From Phycisphaerae bacterium (GTDB lineage Bacteria; Planctomycetota; Phycisphaerae; UBA1845; Fen-1342): a stretch of 64,000 nt of DNA. Where the stretch lies: the NCBI GenBank assembly GCA_050115495.1, contig JASFQK010000006.1:119790-183789 (forward strand). The letters are read 5' to 3'. A model generated the notes under the pieces. The model searched no databases and had not been told where the DNA came from. It saw nothing but the letters and a program-made list of their open reading frames with translations. Both the position numbers and the translations under genes were made by a program. Within the stretch, counting starts at the first letter, position 1; every line of letters starts with the position of its first letter. Positions 39,147-48,378 of the stretch are shown here, one piece after another.

Positions 39147-39707
39147 TCAGTGTTCCTTGCCCTGGTACTCGCCGGTATCGGTGCTGACCCGGATCCGGTC
39201 GCCGGTCTTGATGAACAGCGGCACCATCGCCATCCGGCCCGTGTTCAGGCGGGCTTCCTTGAAGACGCTGGCTCCGCCGCCGGCGTGCTCGGGCGGCGCC
39301 GTGTCGACGACTTCGAGCACCATGGCCGCGGGAAGCTGGAGCGAAACCGGCCGGCCCTCGATGCTGAGAAAGCGATAGGTCTGCTCCTCGACGAGGTACT
39401 CGCTGTCGCCGCCAAGCTGCTCGGTGTCGACGTTGTATTGCTCGTAGTTCTTCAGGTCCATGAAGACGCGTTCGTGGCCGGTGGCGTAGAGGTACTGCAT
39501 CTCGCGCACCTCGCTGGCGACCTCGTCGATCTCGCCCAACTGGGCCAGCGTGCGTTCGACCGGACGGCCGTCGCGCAGGGCGCGCAGCTTGACGTGCACG
39601 GTGGGTTTCTGCTTACCGGACTGCGTGACGTGAAAGTCTACAACGCTGAACAGATGCCCCTCGTGCCGAATCACCATCCCCTTGCGGAGCCCGGCAGTCT
39701 GCGACAT
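39147..39707 (-). CDS. efp: Elongation factor P family protein (divergent)
   Basis: LRKGMVI, MQYLY, FMD..NYEQ, LEVVDTAP, VPLFIKTGDRIRVSTDTGEY; tip loop is SGKQ. Confidence 0.85.
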   Translation of the reverse strand: MSQTAGLRKGMVIRHEGHLFSVVDFHVTQSGKQKPTVHVKLRALRDGRPVERTLAQLGEIDEVASEVREMQYLYATGHERVFMDLKNYEQYNVDTEQLGGDSEYLVEEQTYRFLSIEGRPVSLQLPAAMVLEVVDTAPPEHAGGGASVFKEARLNTGRMAMVPLFIKTGDRIRVSTDTGEYQGKEH

Positions 39708-39904
39708 GGCGTCTCTCCGGACAGAAGTGCGCTACACACCTTAAGTGTTGTCCGGCCGCCGTGGCTTGTCCAGGGCATGTAGCGCAAAAAACAACCAGAA
39801 CCCAAGAGGCGGGGCGCGCGCCGCCGCCCCCGTGGCGGGGAGGATCGAGCATCACCCGACATCCACCCCGGCCGGAGGCGGCCGGCGGGTGCATTGGACT
39901 TGGC

Positions 39905-42900
39905 TTAGTCGAGGTCGGTCGACACGCCGGCGCCACGCTCGGCGCCGACCAACCCCTTGTGCTCCAGCGTTCTGGCCCGCCATTCGGCACTCTGCGCCGA
40001 ACGGCCCCAGGCCTCGTACAACGTGGCGAGGCGGCCGGCGGCAACTTGCGTCTCGTGGAACGTATCGCCGCGCGCGGCCTGCAAGCGCTCGTAGCTGCTG
40101 AGCAGGAGCGGCTCGGCTTCCTCGTGCCGGCCGAGGGCGCTCAGGCATTGCCCGAGGGCGCTCTCGGCGCGGGCCAGCCGCCAGCGGTCCTTGTCGCCCA
40201 GCTCCATTCCACTGAGCGACTGCACACCTTCGCGCAGCAGCGGCTCCGCCTCGGCGGCGCGACCCTGCCCCAGCAGAGCGAGCCCGAGGATACGCGACGT
40301 GTCGGCCGTGGCCACCACCGGCCCACTCGACGACTTGCCCATCGCCCGCAGCACCTCGCGGGCCAGCTCCTCGGCCTCGACCGGCTGGTCGAGCTCGACG
40401 AGAACGCCGGCCAGATTCCGGCGAACGATCACCGTGTTCAGGTCGTTGGGTCCGCTGGCCGCCTCATAGCGGCGCAGGGCCTCGCGGAAGGAGTGCGCCG
40501 CATCGGGCACCTCGCCCGCCCAGGACTGCACGACGCCGAGATAGTTCAGATCGCTGGCCACCTGGACGGAGGCATCGCCTTGGAGGTCGCGGTCGATCTC
40601 GACGAGTTCGCGGCAGATGGGAATGGCCGGGGCCCGCAGGCCGGCCTCGTTGAGTGCCTTGGCCAGCGGAGCGAGCGCATCGCGCAGCCGGGCGCGATCC
40701 GCACCGCACTGCTTACGGGCGTTGGCCACGGTCTGCTCGGCGAACGCCGCGGCCTCGGCCGAACGATCAGCCGCCAGCAGAGCCGTCACGTACTTGCTGC
40801 CGCACGCGGTCCGGGACGAGACGTTGTTCGCAGGAATGAGGTCGAGCGCCTGCTTCCGCAGAGAAAGGGCCTGATCGAAATCGCCGCGCTGCTGGTGGGC
40901 CTCCGCCAGCGTGTCCACGTAGGCCCAGTTCTTCTCGCCGGTCAGCTCGTTGGCCCGCTCGGCGAAGCGCAGGGCGAGGTCGGTGTACGCATGGCCGTAG
41001 TCCTCGTCGGTGAGCAGCGACCAGGCGAAGTTGTTGAGCGACGACGGCTCATCCGCCATCTGCGTATATACCGCCTCGCCGGCAACCAGGGCCGCGGCCC
41101 GATCGTGGCGGTGCTTGGCCAGCAGGTCGAACCGCATGAACAGCAAACCGAGATCGCCGGGCTGGGCGGCGATCATCTTGTCGTAGACGCGTTCGGCCTC
41201 GTCCCAGTCACCGCGCTCGATGGCGCGGACGGCGTCGCCCTGCAGCCGCTCACGCGTGATCAGATCGGACACCAGCCCGCTGACGTCGGGCAACCCGCTA
41301 ACGCCGAGCGAGACGCGCAGCATCTCCGCCGAGTGCGTGATCATGAGCGAACCCACTGTGTCTTCGAGCACGTCGATGTAGGGCTGCGCTTCGGCGAGGT
41401 CGGCGGGAGACATGTAGCTGCGGGCGACCTCGACGCAGCGCCGGGGATGAGCGCAGCAAGCCAGCGTGGTGTGCGGGCCGATGCGGGCGATGGTCGGGGC
41501 GAAAGCATCGTCGTCCATGATGGACGGGCCGCCGCGCAGGGTCTTCAGCGTGCGGGCCATGGCCGAGCGCGTCCCGCTGACGACCAGGTGGTGCCCGGTG
41601 GTGGCGAAGTAGATGGACACGCCCTCGGGCAGACGATAGCTGCGCACGTCCGTGCCTTCGATCTCCACCTCGGCCCCGTCGATGGTGACGCCGCCGGCGG
41701 CGAGACTGGCGATGCCGAGCATCTGCCCCCACAGCGCCTCGGACTTCGCCGGATCGTTGACGGTCAAGGCCAGGGCGGCGTCGGGCACTTCGCCCGTCGG
41801 CCGCTCGCCTTCCACCGGCGGAAGGAGGAACACGGCCACGCCGTTGACGTTGGCGAAGACCTCGCGGCCGAGGTCGAGGAACGTGACGATCGGCGGCGTG
41901 TCGGGAGCCGCCGTCTGCTTGTACTTCTCCGGTGCGTCGTTCAGGGCGAAGGCCAGGAACCCGGCGGCGTCGCCCGGAATGGAGCGCAGCACCGCCGGAT
42001 CGACGGCCGGTCCGCGCAGGAAGTTGTAGACGAGATTTCGGTGACCCTCGTCGAGGCGGAGGGTCATGTCGAGGCGCACGCCCTCGCCGCCGATGTACAT
42101 CTGGCCGGTGAGTGAGCGGAGGCTGCGCAGATCGAGCAGGGCCTGGGCGATGGCCAGCTCGTGGCTCTGGGAGGAGGCGACGGCCATCGCACCCTGGAGC
42201 AGTGGCATGAGCGGCTTGGGATTGACGAAGAAATACAGGAAGGCGTCTTCGCGCTCGCGGAGGACGTCGGCCAGGTCGGGATTGGCAGCCAGCGACGCCT
42301 CGTGCGGATTCTTCATGCGATAGATGACGGCCTCGATCTCGGCTTCCTGGTCACTGGCGATGATGAGCCGCGGGGTCAGCGTGATGTAGACCATGTCCTC
42401 GACGAGGAACGTGGGGTGACCGCCAATGGCTCCAACCGGGCGAGCCGCGGCCGGCAGCGCGGTCTCCACGAGGCCGCGAATGAGCTCCATGTCACCGGGA
42501 TGAAAGACCGCCACCCCCATCGGCCGTTCCTGGGCGGGATCGAAACCGGTGATGGCCACGGCGGCGCCGCGCATGCCGAGCACAGCATCAATAATGGCGG
42601 GGCTGATGGCGATCTGGCCCTCGGCGGCCGGCCCGGGGCCCTCCGCCATGAGCCCGAGCTTCTCCAGCAGGCCGCGTAGACACGCCCCCGGCCGGTTGAT
42701 CTCGACATAGCCGAGTGGATTCGGCGGCATCAGCCGGGCGAAATCGGCACAGACGAGGTCCTCACGGCAGACGGCCAGCCGGGCCTTGGCGGTGGCACGC
42801 AGGTCGTCCGGCAGCGCCCGGTCGGCGAGAACGGCCTCGTACAGATCGGCCGCGGCACCGAGATCCCCCTTCTCTGTCTCCAGGTAGTACGCTCGATAGA

Positions 42901-43000
42901 ACTTGTCCTGCGGGCTGTCGGCCCGCACGCCGGAAACGCTGGCAGCAACGGCCAGAGTACCGGCCAGGAGGAGTCGGATTGCGAGACTTGCCGGCCACAT
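39905..43000 (-). CDS. Secreted protein with DUF3352-like region and C-terminal TPR array
   Basis: Signal peptide; LNNFAW..YVDTLAEA and kinesin-light-chain-type EAEPLL TPRs. Confidence 0.75.
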   Translation of the reverse strand: MWPASLAIRLLLAGTLAVAASVSGVRADSPQDKFYRAYYLETEKGDLGAAADLYEAVLADRALPDDLRATAKARLAVCREDLVCADFARLMPPNPLGYVEINRPGACLRGLLEKLGLMAEGPGPAAEGQIAISPAIIDAVLGMRGAAVAITGFDPAQERPMGVAVFHPGDMELIRGLVETALPAAARPVGAIGGHPTFLVEDMVYITLTPRLIIASDQEAEIEAVIYRMKNPHEASLAANPDLADVLREREDAFLYFFVNPKPLMPLLQGAMAVASSQSHELAIAQALLDLRSLRSLTGQMYIGGEGVRLDMTLRLDEGHRNLVYNFLRGPAVDPAVLRSIPGDAAGFLAFALNDAPEKYKQTAAPDTPPIVTFLDLGREVFANVNGVAVFLLPPVEGERPTGEVPDAALALTVNDPAKSEALWGQMLGIASLAAGGVTIDGAEVEIEGTDVRSYRLPEGVSIYFATTGHHLVVSGTRSAMARTLKTLRGGPSIMDDDAFAPTIARIGPHTTLACCAHPRRCVEVARSYMSPADLAEAQPYIDVLEDTVGSLMITHSAEMLRVSLGVSGLPDVSGLVSDLITRERLQGDAVRAIERGDWDEAERVYDKMIAAQPGDLGLLFMRFDLLAKHRHDRAAALVAGEAVYTQMADEPSSLNNFAWSLLTDEDYGHAYTDLALRFAERANELTGEKNWAYVDTLAEAHQQRGDFDQALSLRKQALDLIPANNVSSRTACGSKYVTALLAADRSAEAAAFAEQTVANARKQCGADRARLRDALAPLAKALNEAGLRAPAIPICRELVEIDRDLQGDASVQVASDLNYLGVVQSWAGEVPDAAHSFREALRRYEAASGPNDLNTVIVRRNLAGVLVELDQPVEAEELAREVLRAMGKSSSGPVVATADTSRILGLALLGQGRAAEAEPLLREGVQSLSGMELGDKDRWRLARAESALGQCLSALGRHEEAEPLLLSSYERLQAARGDTFHETQVAAGRLATLYEAWGRSAQSAEWRARTLEHKGLVGAERGAGVSTDLD

Positions 43001-43365
43001 GGTGAAACCTCCGTATCATGCCTGAATGAACGAGTAGCCCCGGCTGCGCCGCCGTCGGCGCAGGTACGGGAGCCATGAATATGCCTGGACGCCGACGAAT
43101 GGGCGCAGAACGAGCCCACACGGATTCGCGGCTCAGCAGTGGCGGCACAACGACTCCGCCCCAACGGATTCGGCCAGGGAATACGAATATTGCCCAACCT
43201 ACAACTCATGACAGGCCGGCCGGGCGAACGTTGGCGGCGCCGGGAGCGGTTTTTCCGGCCCGTGGCCGCCCGCGGGGGGCTGTGTTATCCTGCAACCTGA
43301 TGGCCGAGCGTCACTTGCCCCGCGACCGGGCCGAATCGCGGCACGCCGGCCAAAGGAGCCCTCGT

Positions 43366-44334
43366 ATGGAACGCAGCCTGCGCACGTTGCTCACGGGGAT
43401 CGTGGACTATGCCGGCCTCTTCCCGCCCGCCGAGCTACCCCTGGAAGAGGCGATCCGTGAATACGCCGGCACCCAAACCGGTCCCGCGGCGTGGCTGCTG
43501 TCACGATTCGTCTGTCCGGCGGACCGGCTGAGCGACTTCGGCCCCCTGGGCGACAAGGCGTTCACAGCCGACAAGCCGGCCCGGCTGACGGTGCTGGGCC
43601 GCGAGGACCCCCTCACACCAGAGTTCATCAAGGACGTGCGGCTGGCGGATTACTTCGCCAAGACGCACGGCGAGCGCTGCCAGATCGAGGCGCTCGAATT
43701 GCGCGTGCCCGGCGACAAGCTCCGCGACTGGACGCCGGAAGCGGTCAGCGAAGGGCTCGACGTGCTGGCCACCCGCCTGCTCGAGCACCACTTCGCCGAC
43801 GCCGAGGTCTTCCTCGAGCCGATCTTCGTCGGCGAATACCGCGAATCGCTGGCCCGCACAATCGCCGCCCTGCAATTCCACGACGAGCAGCGCGGGCGGC
43901 CGGCGCCGGCCCGCATCGGCCTGAAGCTGCGCACCGGCGGTGTGCAGGCGACGGCGTTCCCACCGCTCGAACGCGTCGCGCACACGCTCATCGCCTGTCG
44001 CGACGGCTGTGTCCCGCTGAAATTCACCGCCGGCCTGCACCATCCACTGCGTCACTTCGACGCCGGCCTGCAAACCGACATGCACGGTTTCATCAACGTG
44101 TTCACCGGCGCCGTGCTCGCCCACGCCCGCGGCCTGAACGAGGAGACGCTGACGCAACTGCTGGCCGAGCAGGACGCGGCGGCTTTCACTTTCACGGCCG
44201 AGGGCTTCCAGTGGCGCGAGTGGTCGGCGACGATCGACGAGATCGAGCTGGCCCGCCGCGAGTTCGCCCTCTCGTTCGGCAGTTGCAGCCTCAATGAACC
44301 GCAGGAAGGCCTGAGCACGCTGGGCCTGATGTAA
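43366..44334 (+). CDS. Conserved hypothetical enzyme-like protein linked to fahA
   Basis: AAGGAG then ATG 43366; DYAGLFPP, KLRTGG, KFTAGLHHP, HGFIN, SFGSCS motifs. Confidence 0.8.
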   Translation: MERSLRTLLTGIVDYAGLFPPAELPLEEAIREYAGTQTGPAAWLLSRFVCPADRLSDFGPLGDKAFTADKPARLTVLGREDPLTPEFIKDVRLADYFAKTHGERCQIEALELRVPGDKLRDWTPEAVSEGLDVLATRLLEHHFADAEVFLEPIFVGEYRESLARTIAALQFHDEQRGRPAPARIGLKLRTGGVQATAFPPLERVAHTLIACRDGCVPLKFTAGLHHPLRHFDAGLQTDMHGFINVFTGAVLAHARGLNEETLTQLLAEQDAAAFTFTAEGFQWREWSATIDEIELARREFALSFGSCSLNEPQEGLSTLGLM

Positions 44335-44351
44335 CCTTCGGAGCCACGGCG

Positions 44352-45662
44352 ATGAACCCCACCAACGATCCGGCGCTGCGCTCGTTCGTGCCTGTTGGGG
44401 CGGATTCCGATTTTCCGATCCAGAACCTGCCATACGGCGTGTTCCGGCGGCAGACCGACCAGGTGCCGCACGCCGGCGTGCGCATCGGCGACTTCGTCCT
44501 GGACCTGAAACGGCTCGAACACGACGGACTCTTCCGCGGCCTGCTCGGCGCGGACGAGCGGCTCTTCGCCGAGCCGTCGCTCAACCGCTTCATGGCCCAG
44601 GGTGTCGAAGTATGGAGCGACGTGCGAGCCGCGATCAGCGAATTGCTGCGGGCGGACAACCCCACGCTGCGCGACAACGAGGCGATGCGGCAGCGCGTGC
44701 TCGTCCCCATCGAGCAGGTCGAGCTGCTCCTGCCGGTCGAGATCGGCGACTACACCGACTTCTACTCATCGAAGTACCACGCCCACAACGTCGGCGTCAT
44801 GTTCCGCGGGGCGGATAACGCCCTGATGCCGAACTACGTCTGGCTGCCCGTCGGCTATCACGGGCGGGCCAGCAGTGTCGTGCTCAGCGGCACGCCGGTT
44901 CATCGCCCCTGCGGACAAACGCGGCCGGACGACAAAGCTCCGCCGGTCTTCGGCCCGAGCCACATGCTCGACTTCGAGTTGGAGATGGGCTTCTTCACCG
45001 GGCCAGGCAATCCGCTGGGCCGGTCGATTCCGATCGAGCGGGCCGAAGACCACATCTTCGGACTAACGCTGGTCAACGACTGGTCGGCGCGCGACGTCCA
45101 GAAGTGGGAATACGTGCCGCTCGGGCCGTTCCTCGGCAAGAACTTCGCGACGACGGTCTCGCCGTGGATCGTACCGCTCGAAGCACTCGAACCGTTCCGT
45201 TGTGCCGGCCCGGCGCAGGACCCGGCGCCGCTGGATTACCTGCGGTTGCCGCCGTCGGTCACGGCCGCCGAGCCGCAGTATGCCTACGACATCCGGCTCG
45301 AGGTCTCCCTGACCACGGAGAAGACGAACACGCCGCACGTCATCTGCCGGTCGAACTTCCGCCACCTGTATTGGACAATGGTGCAGCAACTGGCCCACCA
45401 CTCCGCCGGCGGCTGTAACCTGCGGCCGGGCGATCTGCTCGCCTCCGGCACGATCAGCGGACCAACGCCCGAGAGCTTCGGCAGCATGCTCGAACTGGCC
45501 TGGCGCGGCGAACGCCCGCTCACGCTGCCCAGCGGCGAGCAGCGCCGCGCCCTCGAAGATGGCGACACCATCATCATGCGGGCCTGGTGCGAGGGCGAGG
45601 GCTATCGGCTCGGTTTCGGCGAGTGCACGGGACGCGTCTTGCGGGCGAAGTCGAACTGGTAG
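44352..45662 (+). CDS. fahA: Fumarylacetoacetase
   Basis: FPIQNLPYG, GDYTDFYSS, YHGRASS, LDFELE, NDWSARD, PLGPFLGK, SGTISG. Confidence 0.95.
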   Translation: MNPTNDPALRSFVPVGADSDFPIQNLPYGVFRRQTDQVPHAGVRIGDFVLDLKRLEHDGLFRGLLGADERLFAEPSLNRFMAQGVEVWSDVRAAISELLRADNPTLRDNEAMRQRVLVPIEQVELLLPVEIGDYTDFYSSKYHAHNVGVMFRGADNALMPNYVWLPVGYHGRASSVVLSGTPVHRPCGQTRPDDKAPPVFGPSHMLDFELEMGFFTGPGNPLGRSIPIERAEDHIFGLTLVNDWSARDVQKWEYVPLGPFLGKNFATTVSPWIVPLEALEPFRCAGPAQDPAPLDYLRLPPSVTAAEPQYAYDIRLEVSLTTEKTNTPHVICRSNFRHLYWTMVQQLAHHSAGGCNLRPGDLLASGTISGPTPESFGSMLELAWRGERPLTLPSGEQRRALEDGDTIIMRAWCEGEGYRLGFGECTGRVLRAKSNW

Positions 45663-45665
45663 CGG

Positions 45666-45808
45666 AAGACGTCCGGTACAGAGCCCGGACGCTACCATCG
45701 CGCGTCGCACAATCCCTCGTGCTCGACGTCGGCCACGGGGGGCCGACGCTACGGGCGAATCGGCACGGAGCGCGACGCTACGGGGGCGGTCTCGGTACCC
45801 GGCGCTAC
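45666..45808 (-). repeat. Cluster of four GTAG-type REP-like palindromes
   Basis: On the minus strand: GTAG CGTCCGG..CCGGACG, GTAG CGTCGGC..GCCGACG and two degenerate copies, between convergent genes. Confidence 0.75.
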
Positions 45809-47526
45809 GCGGTGTCGATCCTGGCGCGGCGGCGGTCGATGCGCTCGGTGACGAACTTGTAGACGAGCAGCCCGATGAACGCCGAGAAGCCCACACCGGT
45901 GAACGCATACCAGATGTAGTGGGCGTTGTCGTAGACGGCGGGGACGGCCGGACGCTCACCTTCGGGCGGCACCTCACTGACGATGAACGCCTCGGTCACC
46001 TTCTCCTCATCCGTCGTGACGAAGAAGTCGGCGACCTTCTGGAACCACGTCTTCTGCTCCACCGTCGCGATCGGGAACTCGACGCGGACGATGGTCTGCT
46101 TGCCCTGGGGCGTCTGAAACTCCCAGCCGGGGTCGTCCTGTTTCCACTGCCCTTCGATCTTGGCCTCGTGCAGCGTGGCGGTCGGCGGGACCTCGACGCC
46201 CTGGGCAGCCAGCGCTGTGACCACACCCACCGGCACGGCCCCGCCCTCGGTCAGGCCATCGGTCAGGCTCACATCGAGCGGGCAGCGGTAATGCGGATCG
46301 ATCGCCACCCGCCATTGCGTCCGGACCTCCGGCTCCAGCAGACGCGGATCGGGGCAATAGCGCTCCAGCAGGAAGCCGGCGAGGATGAACGCGAACAGCC
46401 ACGACACACACGTGGTCAGGTGCGAGTAGCCGAGATAGAGGCCGACCTCGCCCTTCGGCGCCTGCTTCGACGCGAACTCCAGCCACTTCGGCGACAGGAA
46501 GCACTCGGCCAGACCCTGCAATCCGATACCGACGACGAACAGGAGGATCATCGGGTGGGTGGTGAAGAAGCCCATGTCGATCGTCGCGCCGGTAAGCTGC
46601 GTCAGCACCGGGGCGAGCGCCACGAGCAGCGCCGTGAACGGAATAATGAACAGGCCGATGCCGATAGCGCTGGCCGGCTTGAAGTTGCGCACCAGGTGCG
46701 TGATCGGCACGACGCAGAGCACGACGACGAGCGGGTTGATGTTGGCCAGCCACTCCGGCTTGTATTGCGTGCCGAGTAGGCGCTCGATGTACGTCGGCAT
46801 CGCCCCGTAGAGCTGCCCCTGAATCGCCCAGAAGCCGCCGATGATGATGATGAGCAGGTCGAAGCGCACGTTGCCCAACACGCGCACCAGTCCGCGCAGC
46901 GCCTCGCCCACGGTCTTGCCGGTCCCCTCGATATCCGGGTTCTTGTAGTACACCGCGACGAGCACAAGCGCCACCAGCGTCATGCCGGCGGCGTAGAAGT
47001 TGATCCAGCGCAGGCCGAAATGCTCGTTGAGCGGGCCGGCGGTGAGCTTGCCGGTGAACGAGCCGATGTTCACGGTCATATAGAAGATGGACATCGCCCG
47101 AGCGCGATTGACCGCGTCGCTCGTCTTGGCCACCGTGCCGGAGATGACCGGCTTGATGATCGCCCCGCCCAACATGATGAGCGCCAGTGCCGCCAGCGCC
47201 GTTACCTTGAGCTGAAACGCCCCGAGCAGCGTATACCCGCCGGTGAGCAGGGCAAAGGCGATGATCAGCGCCTGCTTGAAGCCGATCTTGTCGGCCATGA
47301 TGCCCATGAACGTGGGGAACAGGTAGATCGCCGACGAGAAGGTCCCCGAGACGATACCCGCCTGGGCATCGGTGAAGCCGATGTCGCGGTTCAGGTAGCG
47401 CAGCAACGTGATGAACATGCCGTAGAAGGCGAAGCGCTCGCACAACTCGGCGCCGTTGGCGTACCAGAATGTCCTGGGGAACTTCCAGCTCAGCTTCGCG
47501 GTTGGAGTCGGGGCCGATTCTGCCAT
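45805..47526 (-). CDS. MFS/POT-like (oligo)peptide transporter
   Basis: ELCERFAFYG (ExxER motif), IKPVISG, FYMTVNIGS; 12 TM segments. Confidence 0.85.
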   Translation of the reverse strand: MAESAPTPTAKLSWKFPRTFWYANGAELCERFAFYGMFITLLRYLNRDIGFTDAQAGIVSGTFSSAIYLFPTFMGIMADKIGFKQALIIAFALLTGGYTLLGAFQLKVTALAALALIMLGGAIIKPVISGTVAKTSDAVNRARAMSIFYMTVNIGSFTGKLTAGPLNEHFGLRWINFYAAGMTLVALVLVAVYYKNPDIEGTGKTVGEALRGLVRVLGNVRFDLLIIIIGGFWAIQGQLYGAMPTYIERLLGTQYKPEWLANINPLVVVLCVVPITHLVRNFKPASAIGIGLFIIPFTALLVALAPVLTQLTGATIDMGFFTTHPMILLFVVGIGLQGLAECFLSPKWLEFASKQAPKGEVGLYLGYSHLTTCVSWLFAFILAGFLLERYCPDPRLLEPEVRTQWRVAIDPHYRCPLDVSLTDGLTEGGAVPVGVVTALAAQGVEVPPTATLHEAKIEGQWKQDDPGWEFQTPQGKQTIVRVEFPIATVEQKTWFQKVADFFVTTDEEKVTEAFIVSEVPPEGERPAVPAVYDNAHYIWYAFTGVGFSAFIGLLVYKFVTERIDRRRARIDTA

Positions 47527-47685
47527 GCGCGCAGGGCTCCTTCACTACGGGGCCAGAGCTTGTGGGGCGGATGTTAACCCGAACAGCCGACGGCGCCCAA
47601 TCGCACGGCCCGTCGCGGTTCACGACCGCGGCGGCGCACGCTACGATGATGCGGGCGGTTTATCGGTCTTCGACGCGTGACGGTC

Positions 47686-48363
47686 ATGAACTACCTGGGC
47701 CACTTCGTCTACAACCATGAAATCCGCCGGCTGACACCCGATGCGCATTTCGTCATGGGCGTGGCCCTGCCGGACCTGTGGCCGCGCTTCTCCCGCCGGC
47801 GGCGGATCCGCTGGAAGATGCTGCGGGCCGCGCAACCCAGCGCTACAGCGGACGTGCACCTGCGGGCCGGGCTGCTCAATCACGTCGAGACCGATCGGCT
47901 GTTTCACGCCCTGCCGTGCTTCGGCCAATGGCAGCGCACGCTGCGGGCCAGCCTGGACGACGGCGAACCGCATCCGCTGATCGCCGAATTCTTGACACAC
48001 CTGGCCATCGAGCTGGCCCTCGACGGCCGCCTAGTGCGCGACGATCCCGAACGGGCCGAGCGTTTCTACGACACGTTGGCTGCGTGCGATGTGGCTGACG
48101 TCGAGCGGCGCATCACCGTTTTGGGCAGCGTGGACGCGCGTGGGCTGGGTGACGAGATCGCCGGCTTCATCGGCCGGCGTTTCCTCGGCCGTTGTGGCGA
48201 AGTGGACGTCCTGGCGGGCGTCGTGCAGTGGATCGTGTCGCTGACCACGATTCGCGAGCCGCCGGCCATGGAGCTGCTGCAACGATTGCTGGCCCACGCA
48301 ATCGAGCTCGTGGAGCCGTCGCGCATCTGGCAGGAGCTGGCCCGGCTCGAACGGCCGGCGTGA
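47686..48363 (+). CDS. AcpH / zinc-dependent phospholipase C-like helical protein
   Basis: MNYLGH, G..LPD, H.ETDRLFH, H.AIELALD motifs. Confidence 0.65.
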   Translation: MNYLGHFVYNHEIRRLTPDAHFVMGVALPDLWPRFSRRRRIRWKMLRAAQPSATADVHLRAGLLNHVETDRLFHALPCFGQWQRTLRASLDDGEPHPLIAEFLTHLAIELALDGRLVRDDPERAERFYDTLAACDVADVERRITVLGSVDARGLGDEIAGFIGRRFLGRCGEVDVLAGVVQWIVSLTTIREPPAMELLQRLLAHAIELVEPSRIWQELARLERPA

Positions 48364-48378
48364 GACGCCGCGAGCGGG

